Assembly: GCA_965207885.1 (NCBI GenBank)
Contig: OZ242311.1
Coordinates: 448,001-512,000 of the forward strand
Length of the DNA: 64,000 bases
Reading direction: 5' to 3'
Origin: Candidatus Latescibacterota bacterium
GTDB taxonomy: Bacteria > Latescibacterota > UBA2968
Positions within the stretch are counted from its first letter, which is position 1, and each line of letters opens with the position of its first letter. Of this stretch, positions 28,438-37,711 are shown in pieces. A model generated the notes under the pieces. It saw only the letters and a list, made by a program, of their open reading frames with translations, did no database searches and was not told the DNA's origin. The position numbers and the translations under genes are program-made.

Positions 28438-28553
28438 GAAATTTTAAATTTAGCTAATTACTTTATTTACAACTAAATACTAATTTTTGTTCCAATATTT
28501 AATCTGAGAAGTGCCGATTTTGCTACCCGATTTCAGTCAGAATGGCAGTTTTT

Positions 28554-28694
28554 ACGACTATTGAGACAGATCTTTTGTGGATGTGCGCGTGGTTGTAGCG
28601 ACGAACAGAAGGGAACCAGGTCCGCGCGGCCGCGCTTCTGGGGATCTCGAGAATGGTCTTGAGATATAGGATAAAAAAGTGCGGATTGGATTGA
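28554..28694 (+). pseudogene. Remnant of a Fis-type HTH (C-terminus of a sigma54 activator)
   Basis: TTIETDLLWMCAWL*RRTEGNQVRAAALLGISRMVLRYRIKKCGLD*; GNQ..AA.LLGISR..L...IKK.GL pattern. Confidence 0.7.
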
Positions 28695-28698
28695 TAGG

Positions 28699-28731
28699 GA
28701 ACCACAGATGAACGCAGATGAACACAAGATG
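28699..28731 (+). repeat. Degenerate ~10-bp tandem repeat
   Basis: aaccacagatg aacgcagatg aacacaagatg. Confidence 0.55.
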
Positions 28732-29011
28732 AAAAGCGGGGAAAGCAACCACAGAAAAAACGCGAATGAGTGGGGTACAACTGGCAATAGCCAGTTCATT
28801 TGAGTGTTTTACGCAGATGAAAGGGAAGCAACAATGGATCAGCCTTCAAGTTCAGCAATACAGAGACCCCTTGATGCCGTATAGAATCATTACGGTGCAT
28901 GCTTTGACGGTCTCGTTCAATTTTGAAGTCACACATCGCGTTGGTTTGAATCAGAAACAGCCTCTCTTTTGATGCCATGAATTTTCAGCGATGGCGGATT
29001 AACTTTGCACA

Positions 29012-29395
29012 TTATGTTGTGTCAGTCTGTCGTGCTACAGAGGATGCAATCAGCGGTTCTATCTCCCGCTCAATTTGGCGACGTACCGTGTGCTCGGCGA
29101 CATCGAGATCGTAGCGGGTCTGAAGATTGATCCAGAACTCAGGCGTCATGCCAAAGTAGTGACCAAGGCGTAGCGCGGTATCGATTGTAATTCCATTAAT
29201 TCCATTCACGATAGTGTCTAAGTCCTTTTCCGAAACCTTGATCCCTTGAGCAAGGCGATCCACACTGAGATTCATCGGAATAAGGAACTCATCGCGCAGG
29301 ATCTCGCCAGGATGTACCGGAGACAGTAGCTGTCCGGTTGTGACTTCCGAGAAGTCAACTTTTCGCCGGTCCAGTTCTTCGCGTTTAATGGTTAT
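29012..29395 (-). CDS. higA: HigA antitoxin with ATA at the expected start
   Basis: Frame extends upstream of the track ORF through PVHPGEILRDEFL to ATA at 29395, preceded by GGAG; ALRLGHYFGMTPEFWINLQTRYDL. Confidence 0.88.
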   Translation of the reverse strand: MTIKREELDRRKVDFSEVTTGQLLSPVHPGEILRDEFLIPMNLSVDRLAQGIKVSEKDLDTIVNGINGITIDTALRLGHYFGMTPEFWINLQTRYDLDVAEHTVRRQIEREIEPLIASSVARQTDTT

Positions 29396-29406
29396 CTTTT
29401 ATCTCC

Positions 29407-29688
29407 TCAATGATAATCAACGATCTCGACTTCCCATGATTCACCATCGCGCCAAACGAAGCAGATGCGCCATCGGTCATTGACGCGAATACTATATTGC
29501 CCTCTACGATCAGCTCGCAAAGCCTCGAGACGATTGCCAGGTGGAGTAAGCAGGTCGTTGAGCCGATTAGCAGCATCAATTGCCAGCAGCTTCGCCCGCG
29601 CTCGTTGCTGGAGTTGCAGAGGCAGGCCGCGAACAGCATGTCCCGCAAAGATAGCTGCGGTGCGCTTGTCTGCAAAACTCTTGATCAT
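29407..29688 (-). CDS. higB: HigB (RelE/ParE-family) toxin
   Basis: MIKSFADK...PPGNRLEAL...GQYSIRVNDRWRICF...VEIVDYH. Confidence 0.95.
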   Translation of the reverse strand: MIKSFADKRTAAIFAGHAVRGLPLQLQQRARAKLLAIDAANRLNDLLTPPGNRLEALRADRRGQYSIRVNDRWRICFVWRDGESWEVEIVDYH

Positions 29689-30039
29689 GCGTTAACGTAA
29701 TGATAAATGGCTGGCGAGTGACATCTATTCCCTGCTTCCAAAATGAATTTGGGGATCAACCGCAATCCTGCCTCGATAATTTCCATTGTCCATATCGCTT
29801 AGACTCCAATTTAACGATGCACAATGAATAATATTTCAATAACGGTGCGAACGCAATCAGCCCGATGTGCCCGGCATTAAGGATGCGTTGTCCAGCCAGT
29901 TCACTCAGGAAAGTACCGCATAAAAAGAAAAAAGTCAATGCGCCAAGCAGTACTCGGTACCGATGAGGCTCCGTTCAACCCAGGAATGACCTCCGCAACA
30001 AGGCACTGAACGTACGTAACCGAGTAGTCTGACCCGCGG

Positions 30040-31170
30040 TCATTTTTTCTGTCCAGTCGCCAGCAGCGAGTCCCAAGAGACCGACGTTTCCTTGCCGGTC
30101 ACCCTCAATTTGTATGTTTCCCAGTACTCGGTATCGCCATTGTCCAGGTTAAATTTCGCCTCGAAGTTTATGTCGACCTCGTAAGCCAACCCCGAGGTCT
30201 CGCCCTCGTCAATGATCACCCGGGCCACTTTGGCCAGCGCAAATGCTCTTTCGATGTTGGCCATCGCCTGCATTCCTTCCTCGCCCACATTCGTTTCGAA
30301 GTACCGCCAACGACCGAATGTGTGTCTTGCCCTCTTCAATTCGTCCTCAATCTCGGCGAAGTCCGCCTTCAATCTCGTTTTGCTGTCTTCCGGCAGGTCC
30401 TTGTACAGTTCCAGAAGGTCGTGAGTCTTTCTCGCTTCGTCCAGGCGCGTGATCAGGATCGCCTTCAGTGCCAGCTCGCAGGCGAACGCCGCAGTCATTC
30501 CCGCCGTCATGAGCAAACCCATTCTCTGCATCAGCACCTGCTCCGACAATTTTTGGGACTTACCCACGGTCTTTCCCGACACGCGCATTTCGGAAAGATC
30601 ATCCGCCACATCGACGTCTGAAATGTGTGGCTTCTGGAAGTCATAATCCGATATTCGGACTAACGACATTTCACGGGGAAGGCTCTCTATCCCGGCCATA
30701 AACGCACTGGCCTGAAGATAAAGGTATCCGGCCTCTCCCTTTGGGAAATCATGCCGACTTAGCCTGTTTTTTTTGCGTCCTTCTGCCATCTTCGCAGCGA
30801 CGCGCCTGTTGAAATATGCCTTATCGCGCTCCATGTCCGGCAGAACCTTGAGCACGAATTTCGCATCCTCGCGGTACTTCGCGGGCAGGCCCCGTCGCAC
30901 CTTCGGCAGATTATCGACTATCTCTCGACGCATTCTTTCCATCTCGTGATTCGCCTCTTCGCCCTTGACGGATCTCCCGCATATCTGACATTCGATGCTG
31001 GTCCACCTGATGTTTCCGTCTAGCTGTCCGACCAGTCGCCCCCAGCAATTTGTGCATCTTCCTTTTATAGCAGCCGCGGCCGCCTCGCCTGCGGAGTGCT
31101 CGTCGAAGTCCACCCACCAATCTATTTTGACGGTTGCTTCGTTTGTTGTCTTTTTTATAACTTCCTCCAA
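30040..31170 (-). CDS. Hypothetical protein with N-terminal Zn ribbon and C-terminal HEPN-like domain
   Basis: CTNC...CQIC; AFACELALKA...THDLLELYKDLP...FGRWRY. Confidence 0.7.
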   Translation of the reverse strand: MEEVIKKTTNEATVKIDWWVDFDEHSAGEAAAAAIKGRCTNCWGRLVGQLDGNIRWTSIECQICGRSVKGEEANHEMERMRREIVDNLPKVRRGLPAKYREDAKFVLKVLPDMERDKAYFNRRVAAKMAEGRKKNRLSRHDFPKGEAGYLYLQASAFMAGIESLPREMSLVRISDYDFQKPHISDVDVADDLSEMRVSGKTVGKSQKLSEQVLMQRMGLLMTAGMTAAFACELALKAILITRLDEARKTHDLLELYKDLPEDSKTRLKADFAEIEDELKRARHTFGRWRYFETNVGEEGMQAMANIERAFALAKVARVIIDEGETSGLAYEVDINFEAKFNLDNGDTEYWETYKLRVTGKETSVSWDSLLATGQKK

Positions 31171-31213
31171 ACCTTCGTTTGTCCACTTTATGCGCGGCGT
31201 CTGTTTTTCGCGT

Positions 31214-31245
31214 CCATCTTGACGGCTCCTGCGCCGTCAAGATGG
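31214..31245. repeat. Perfect 13-6-13 inverted repeat
   Basis: ccatcttgacggc-tcctgc-gccgtcaagatgg. Confidence 0.85.
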
Positions 31246-31442
31246 TGTTACCTTACCGCTCTTATCCTATGCGATATCAATTGCGGTCGGTCTCCGAAGG
31301 AAAGAATAATTCCGCCATCATACGCAAGCCAATTTGGAGCCGAAGAGAAAACATCCTCTGATGATTTTGGCATCGTACAAATTATCGGTAGAGTTATCTT
31401 ACCTACAGGATTTTTAATTTCCTTATTTTTCATTAATTTTTT

Positions 31443-32639
31443 TAAAGTACACGACAAAAAATAAAAGACCTGTGCAAAACGTGAAAAAGAGTTAGGTTTG
31501 AATGTGTGAAAACGAACCTTCTCATCTCAACAAGGCACAGGTCTATGTCTCGTCAAGTTATACAACTTCACCATGTATTGCAAGGCCATTTTGGGTGGCA
31601 TAAAGCACGCATCACTTTCACAGCGGCCTTCATCTTGTCTTTGGTCAAGCTGAGCAGGGTCAACTTCGCCAAATTGGCTAATGCGCTAAATGGACAGGTC
31701 AAACCGCAATCAAATTACCGCAGGATACAGCGTTTTTTCGCTGAGTTTGACATTCCTTATGAAGCCGTGACGCGACTGATCTTGCACTTATTACCTATAA
31801 AGACCGATTTTGCAGTCTCAATAGATCGCACTAATTGGAAGTTAGGCAAATTCAATATCAACATCCTAACCGCAGGCATTATCTATGAAGGGGTCGCCTT
31901 TCCTATGTGTTGGCACTTGTTAAAAAAACGAGGCAATTCCAATAGTGATGAGCGTATCAATTTGATGAAACAGGTGCTTACGCGCATTCCCAAGTCTCAT
32001 ATCCGCGTTGTATTGGCAGATAGAGAATTCATTGGAAGAGAATGGTTTGCGTGGTTAGACACACAAAACATCCCTTTTGTCATCCGCATCAAGGAAAATG
32101 CCCTTGTCTCAAGGGCAGATAGAGAGATACCCATAAAAAAACTCTTTGAAAATTTGCACATCCATCAGCAGGTCAGCCTACAAAGACCTCGCCGCGTTTA
32201 TGACCTACCTGTGTATGTGTCTGCGCTAAGATTGAAGGATCAATACCTCATTCTTGCAAGCAACCAACAACGTCAAGTCGCATTGGAGGTGTATAAAAAA
32301 CGTTGGGGCATTGAAGTCCTTTTTGCAAATTTGAAAAGTCGAGGATTTAATCTGGAAGAGACCCACCTTATACATCAAGATCGCATTGAAAAACTCATCG
32401 CGCTTTTGGCTATTGCCTGCACCTGGGCCCATATCATCGGCGAATGGATCGCCCTTACAAAACCTTTGAAGGTCAAAAACCACGGACGGATGGAAAAAAG
32501 TCTCTTCCGATATGGGTTGGACTATTTGCAGTATGTCCTGCTCAATATACACCAACAAGCCCAGCAGTTCCTCAAATGCATTCGTTTACTGATTAATCCG
32601 CCAGATTTTAACCCGATTTAGGTTTTGTCGTGTACTATG
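31443..32639 (+). mobile_element. IS4-family (IS10/ISAba1-like) insertion sequence
   Basis: Terminal inverted repeats agtacacgacaaaa (31446-31459) and ttttgtcgtgtact (32623-32636) enclose a single transposase ORF; exact ends inferred. Confidence 0.9.
31545..32621 (+). CDS. IS4-family DDE transposase
   Basis: SNYRRIQRFF, IDRTNWK, LADREFIG and YKKRWGIEVLFANLKSRGFNLE (YREK-type). Confidence 0.95.
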   Translation: MSRQVIQLHHVLQGHFGWHKARITFTAAFILSLVKLSRVNFAKLANALNGQVKPQSNYRRIQRFFAEFDIPYEAVTRLILHLLPIKTDFAVSIDRTNWKLGKFNINILTAGIIYEGVAFPMCWHLLKKRGNSNSDERINLMKQVLTRIPKSHIRVVLADREFIGREWFAWLDTQNIPFVIRIKENALVSRADREIPIKKLFENLHIHQQVSLQRPRRVYDLPVYVSALRLKDQYLILASNQQRQVALEVYKKRWGIEVLFANLKSRGFNLEETHLIHQDRIEKLIALLAIACTWAHIIGEWIALTKPLKVKNHGRMEKSLFRYGLDYLQYVLLNIHQQAQQFLKCIRLLINPPDFNPI

Positions 32640-32849
32640 ATTTTTTATATAAACCCGATAGATGCGGTCGGCATTTTCGTGAAAGGTGTCATAGGTCCAT
32701 TCATTGTGGACGAAGAGGTAGGTGAGGATGCAGAAGGTGAGGCCGATGGCAATGCCGATGATGTTGATGGCGGAGTAAATGCGGTGCCTGGCGAGGTTGC
32801 GGATCGCCGTTTTCAGGTAGCTACTGAGTAAAGATATTTCACCGAACAT
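32640..32849 (-). pseudogene. 5' fragment of an ABC permease (type B) cut by the IS
   Basis: MFGEISLLSSYLKTAIRNLARHRIYSAINIIGIAIG...ADRIYRVYIK is near-identical to the N-termini of 37712-40063 and 42504-44828; ends at the IS right end. Confidence 0.9.
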
Positions 32850-32878
32850 TGGTTTCTCCTTTGCAGGACAGGAATTGA

Positions 32879-35254
32879 TCACTCATATCGCAGGGCGTCC
32901 ACGGGATTGGTGCGGGCAACTCTCCACGCCTGATAACTCACCGTGGTCAAGGCGATGAACAATGCCAGAAAACCACTCAATACAAACGCCCATATTTCCA
33001 GGTCAATGCGATAGGCGAAGTCCTGTAGCCACCTGTGCATCGCGTAATAGGCGATTGGCCAGGCAATGAGATTGGCAATGCCGACGAGCAGAGCGAACTC
33101 TTTTGACAACATGAGCACGAGGTTGGAAACGGATGCGCCCAGGACTTTGCGGATGCCGATTTCTTTGATGCGTTGTTGTGCTGTGAAGGAGGCGAGTCCG
33201 AACAGTCCGAGGCTGGCGACGAATATGGCGAGGATGGAGAAGAGGCCAAAGAGTGTGCCTATTTGTTTTTCTGTGCGATAGAGTTTGTCGTAGTCGTCGT
33301 CGAGAAAGAAATAGTCGAATGGCCTGTCCGATACGACCTCGCGCCACTGGGTTTTTAGAAAGTTCAGTGTGGCAGCAATATCGTCTGAGCGGATCCGGAT
33401 GGAAAGATACTCTATCCAACTTCCTCCCATCATGAGCACAAGCGGTTCAATTTCATGGTGCAGGGACTGATAATGAAAGTCCTTCACAACGCCCACCACA
33501 TCTCCCTGAATCTCCACATTCAATATATTCCCTTCTGGATAGACCCGTTCAAGTCTTCTATTGGCGAGGGAAGTCCATCCAAATTTTCGCACGGCAGCTT
33601 CATTGAGGATAAATGCGCCATTTCGATCGCTTCTAATATCCTCTGAAAAGGCGCGGCCCTCTAAAATTCCAATACCAAATGCCTGAATAAACTCGTGATC
33701 TACATACATCACGTTGATCAGTAAAGCATCTTTGTGTGCGGGATCAAGGGAAGGGCGAAAGAGATGGGCAGCAATCTCTCGGCCTGGTACGGTAGAAGAC
33801 GCCGATACATTTAATACCGCTGCCTGCGCTGACACTGCGGATTTATATCGCTTCACCAATTGTCTATCAATCGGTATGACAATCACCTGTTCTTTATTGA
33901 AGCCCAGTTTCTTGTGTTTGATGTAATCCGATTGATGGTAAACGACAACTGTCCCAATGATGAGAACAATTGAGATGACAAACTGAAATACGACGAGTGT
34001 TTTGCGAGAACTGGAGGTTTTCAATCCTCGCCTCAGGGTGCTTTTTAATACTTCCACTGGCTGAAAAGCTGAGAGGAATAAGGCGGGGTAAATCCCAGAG
34101 AGTAGCCCTGCAAATAACGCAACACTGAGCAGGGCTAACAATACATGCCAATTGCCTGTGTAATCCAATACCAATTCGCGCTGGGTAAAGGCGTTGAATG
34201 CAGGGAGTGAGAGTTCAACGAGAACAACGGCAAACATTAGGGCTAATAACGCCAGTAATATGGATTCGCCCATAAACTGACGGATTAGCTGTGATCGGTT
34301 TGCGCCAACGACTTTTCGCATGCCGACCTCTTTTGGCCGGGTCGCTGAGCGAGCTGTAGAGAGGTTCATAAAGTTGATACAGGCGAGCACGAGGACGAAA
34401 AGAGCAATGATCAGGAAGAGATAGACGTACCGAATATCGCCGTTGGAGCTTATTTCAAATTCCAGGTGGGAATGCAAATGAATATCGGTTAATGGCTGTA
34501 GAAAAGGCTTGAATTGGATCCCTGAAGCCTTGAGTTGTTCCCCCATATGTCTTTCGATAAAATTGGGTAACTCTGTTTCTAACTCGTCCGCAGCCTGGGT
34601 GTCTTGTAAGAGCAGATAGGTATAATAGCTGTGATCGACCCAATCGCTACGCCTCATGGATGAGACCAGAAAATGAAACTGTAAATGGGTATTGTGGGCG
34701 TGGTTTTCTAAAACCCCGGTGATCTTAAACGCTTTTCCATCTACCGAAAGGGTCTGTCCCATCGGATCCTGCTCGCCGAAATATTTCCGAGCCATTTCTT
34801 CTGTCAGGACAATGGAATGGGGTTCTTGGAGTGCTGTTCTGGGGTCACCCTGAATGAGTGGAAAATCGAAGACCTGAAAGATACTTGTCTCGGTGAACAA
34901 GACGCCTCTTTCGTAGAACTGATTTTGCTGGTTTGCGATAGGCGTTTTTTCATCATTTTTGTAAAACCGGACGGCATCTACAACAGTGGGATAATCTTGA
35001 ACGAGAGCCGGTCCCATCGGGAATGATGTAATTGCAATTCGACGCGTTTGTCCTGCTATATGTGCTTCTTCAGCGAGCCGATAAATTCGGTGTGCGTGTT
35101 CGTGGTGCTGGTCATAGCTCAGTTCATCTTGCACATAGAGCAGGATGAGGATGCAACAGGCCATGCCGATGGCGAGGCCGAGGATGTTGATGGCAGAGAA
35201 TGTTTTGTTTCTGGCGATGTTGCGGATGGCAACGGTCAGATAATTTTTGATCAT
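32879..35254 (-). CDS. MacB/FtsX-like duplicated ABC permease (type A)
   Basis: INILGLAIG, LACINFMNL, KEVGMRKVVGA, KEIGIRKVLGA and NPVDALRYE. Confidence 0.93.
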   Translation of the reverse strand: MIKNYLTVAIRNIARNKTFSAINILGLAIGMACCILILLYVQDELSYDQHHEHAHRIYRLAEEAHIAGQTRRIAITSFPMGPALVQDYPTVVDAVRFYKNDEKTPIANQQNQFYERGVLFTETSIFQVFDFPLIQGDPRTALQEPHSIVLTEEMARKYFGEQDPMGQTLSVDGKAFKITGVLENHAHNTHLQFHFLVSSMRRSDWVDHSYYTYLLLQDTQAADELETELPNFIERHMGEQLKASGIQFKPFLQPLTDIHLHSHLEFEISSNGDIRYVYLFLIIALFVLVLACINFMNLSTARSATRPKEVGMRKVVGANRSQLIRQFMGESILLALLALMFAVVLVELSLPAFNAFTQRELVLDYTGNWHVLLALLSVALFAGLLSGIYPALFLSAFQPVEVLKSTLRRGLKTSSSRKTLVVFQFVISIVLIIGTVVVYHQSDYIKHKKLGFNKEQVIVIPIDRQLVKRYKSAVSAQAAVLNVSASSTVPGREIAAHLFRPSLDPAHKDALLINVMYVDHEFIQAFGIGILEGRAFSEDIRSDRNGAFILNEAAVRKFGWTSLANRRLERVYPEGNILNVEIQGDVVGVVKDFHYQSLHHEIEPLVLMMGGSWIEYLSIRIRSDDIAATLNFLKTQWREVVSDRPFDYFFLDDDYDKLYRTEKQIGTLFGLFSILAIFVASLGLFGLASFTAQQRIKEIGIRKVLGASVSNLVLMLSKEFALLVGIANLIAWPIAYYAMHRWLQDFAYRIDLEIWAFVLSGFLALFIALTTVSYQAWRVARTNPVDALRYE

Positions 35255-35272
35255 GATTTTAAATCCTCATTT

Positions 35273-37687
35273 TCACTCATCTCGCAACTCTTTCACGGGG
35301 TCTGTTCGCACAATGCGTGTGGTGTGATATGAAATTGCCACAAGTGCCAGGGCGATACAGCCAATCGCTGGTCCTGCAAAGTGCATTGGCTCCAGTGGTG
35401 TTTGAAAAGGGAAGCGTTGCAAATACGCACGCATCGCAAAAAAGGACATGGAGGTTCCAATGATACACCCAATGACAGCAAGACGGACTATGGGCAAGGA
35501 TAGCAAGACAAAGAGGGCGTGTGCGGAAGCACCCAGAACTTTGCGAACGCCAACTTCTTTTGTGCGGCGAGACAGCATGTGCATGGCAAGCCCGATCAAT
35601 CCCACACAGGCGACTATAATCGCCATGAGCGAAGCCGTATAGCCGATGGATTGATACATTTTTCGAGGATCTCGAATGGAATTTACAAGGTCATCCTGCA
35701 AAAGGCCGAACTGGGGTGTAATACCTGGCGCGACCTCGAGCCAGAGTTGCTTTAATATGGCTTCGGTTTCCGTTGCTATGTCCGGGTGGAGGCGCACCAG
35801 AATAGCCCGAATCGCGGTTTCGGGGTCTTTGTGAATGACCAGCGGACCCATAGGGGGCAATATATTTTGAAAATAAAAGTCAGGGATGACACCTGCAACC
35901 TGGGGGTGCTCAACTTGTCCCACTTGAAATGGAAATGTTTGACCAGGTGCGTGTGTCCATCCAAATTGCTTTGCGAAGTGTTCGTTGACCAAAACTTCGT
36001 TGATCGGTCCGTTTGGATCCAGATTTTTTCCTGAGACCAGATCTATGCCGAGTGTTTTTAGAAAGTCGCCACGCACTTTGTAATGCCATATTATCGTTTC
36101 TGAATGGGTCAGCTTTTGCATGCCTGCCGACCACAATACTGGGATGTTATTCACAGCGGCCATTCCGACAACTCCTGGGAGTTGTTCTGCTTTTTGGCGA
36201 AATCGCTCGTAATAGACTTCTGCTTCGTCCCCTGGAACTTTGGGCTGTATGACCATTAAGTGGCGCATGTCGAATCCCCTATCCATAGACGTGAAGTAAT
36301 TGATTTGATGCACCATAATTGTGGAGGATGCCACCAAAAATACAGCTACTGCAAATTGAACAATCAGCAGAAATCGGCTCAGGCGTGCTCTCTGTCCCGG
36401 AAATGTCTCACTTTTGAGGGCATTTACGGGCTGAAGCCGGGACAATAGCCACGATGGGTAGAAGCCCGCCAGAATTGCCAATAGGACGGGCAATACAAGG
36501 ATGAACAGGAATCCTGTGATATTCCCCTGAAGCTGAGGCTTATAGTGAGGAAAGAAGGGAAAGAGAGATGCAAAATGGGGAAGCAATAATTCGTTTGCGC
36601 TTAGTGCCAGTCCCATTGCGAGAAAACAAAGAATCAAGGATTCGAGGATGGTCTGCCCAATAATATGGCGGCGTGTGGCGCCGAGGGTTTTGCGTATGCC
36701 GACTTCCGTGCCGCGCGTCATGAGTCGGCCAATGGTTACGATGCCAAAATTGACGGATCCTACAATGAGTACGAGAAGCCCCACCAGAGATAGCAAGACC
36801 AGAAAATGTTGCGGCAGGTACCTGACTTGAAGTCCGGACATCTCGAATTTGGGCAATGCAGACAGGGGTTGAAGATGGACGTGAAAGGGAGACGCTTCCT
36901 TTGTCCATTGTCCTTCGGCGCGATAGTTGTCACTCTGTTTGGCAAAATAAGCGTCTGAAAAGTAGGGCAATCGGTTCTTTATGTGATCGGGGGTAATATT
37001 TTTTTTGAGGTGCAAAAAGAGCATGGCTTCAAATTCACCTCGCGGATCAGACGCTGCGCTCGGAATCAGGTGCTGATATGGGATGAGCATATCGAACTGC
37101 AAGCTCGAATGGTGCGAAAGCGTTTCGACGATACCGCTGATGGTAAAATGTTCGCGCACGTTGTTCCTCACCAGGGTCAACGAGGTCCCTACTATGTCGG
37201 CGATTGCTCTGTCACGCGATAGTTTTTCTGCGAGTGTTCGAGAGATGAGTATGTTTTGTGGATGTGACAGGGTCTCTGGATTTCCGTAAAGCACGGGGAA
37301 TGAAAAGAGCGACAAAAACGAGGGATCGACATACGCTGCCTGATCTCTTCGGAAATGTTCGTCTCCGTAGAGATATGTAAGATAGCTTAACCGGTATCGA
37401 CAAACTGTTGCCAATTCGTGCAGTTCATCCGCGAGCAGCGGCCCGGCATGGGCGCGAAAAGATGCGTGTTGCCGCTCCCTTTCGGTCTGAGCCATTTCAC
37501 TGGTGCGGTAGATCCAGTAGATTCGATCTGCGTTGTCGTGGAATTCATCTCGCGCGCGATAGCGGTCTTCGACAATGACAAATACCATCAACGCACACGT
37601 AATGCCCACTGTCAGGCTCAACACACTCATCACACTGGCAATCCGGTCGCGTTTGAGTCGCCGCCAGGCGATTTTGAGGTTTTTCAT
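35273..37687 (-). CDS. MacB/FtsX-like duplicated ABC permease (divergent)
   Basis: EVGIRKTLGA, QFAVAVFL, KEVGVRKVLGA and DPVKELRDE. Confidence 0.9.
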   Translation of the reverse strand: MKNLKIAWRRLKRDRIASVMSVLSLTVGITCALMVFVIVEDRYRARDEFHDNADRIYWIYRTSEMAQTERERQHASFRAHAGPLLADELHELATVCRYRLSYLTYLYGDEHFRRDQAAYVDPSFLSLFSFPVLYGNPETLSHPQNILISRTLAEKLSRDRAIADIVGTSLTLVRNNVREHFTISGIVETLSHHSSLQFDMLIPYQHLIPSAASDPRGEFEAMLFLHLKKNITPDHIKNRLPYFSDAYFAKQSDNYRAEGQWTKEASPFHVHLQPLSALPKFEMSGLQVRYLPQHFLVLLSLVGLLVLIVGSVNFGIVTIGRLMTRGTEVGIRKTLGATRRHIIGQTILESLILCFLAMGLALSANELLLPHFASLFPFFPHYKPQLQGNITGFLFILVLPVLLAILAGFYPSWLLSRLQPVNALKSETFPGQRARLSRFLLIVQFAVAVFLVASSTIMVHQINYFTSMDRGFDMRHLMVIQPKVPGDEAEVYYERFRQKAEQLPGVVGMAAVNNIPVLWSAGMQKLTHSETIIWHYKVRGDFLKTLGIDLVSGKNLDPNGPINEVLVNEHFAKQFGWTHAPGQTFPFQVGQVEHPQVAGVIPDFYFQNILPPMGPLVIHKDPETAIRAILVRLHPDIATETEAILKQLWLEVAPGITPQFGLLQDDLVNSIRDPRKMYQSIGYTASLMAIIVACVGLIGLAMHMLSRRTKEVGVRKVLGASAHALFVLLSLPIVRLAVIGCIIGTSMSFFAMRAYLQRFPFQTPLEPMHFAGPAIGCIALALVAISYHTTRIVRTDPVKELRDE

Positions 37688-37711
37688 TTTGTACCTCCAG
37701 TAGCCCCAGTC

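Noticed and set aside
28766-28978. Short ORFs between lon and higA
   Set aside because: No recognisable motif or RBS; probably decayed sequence.
29951-30026. Integron attC site downstream of the HEPN-like gene
   Set aside because: No RYYYAAC/GTTRRRY boxes at the ends and no integron integrase; kept only as an unexplained dyad.
31436-32646. 7-bp atttttt as the IS target-site duplication
   Set aside because: Low complexity, shorter than the usual 9 bp for this group, and joining the flanks gives an immediate stop rather than a restored permease.
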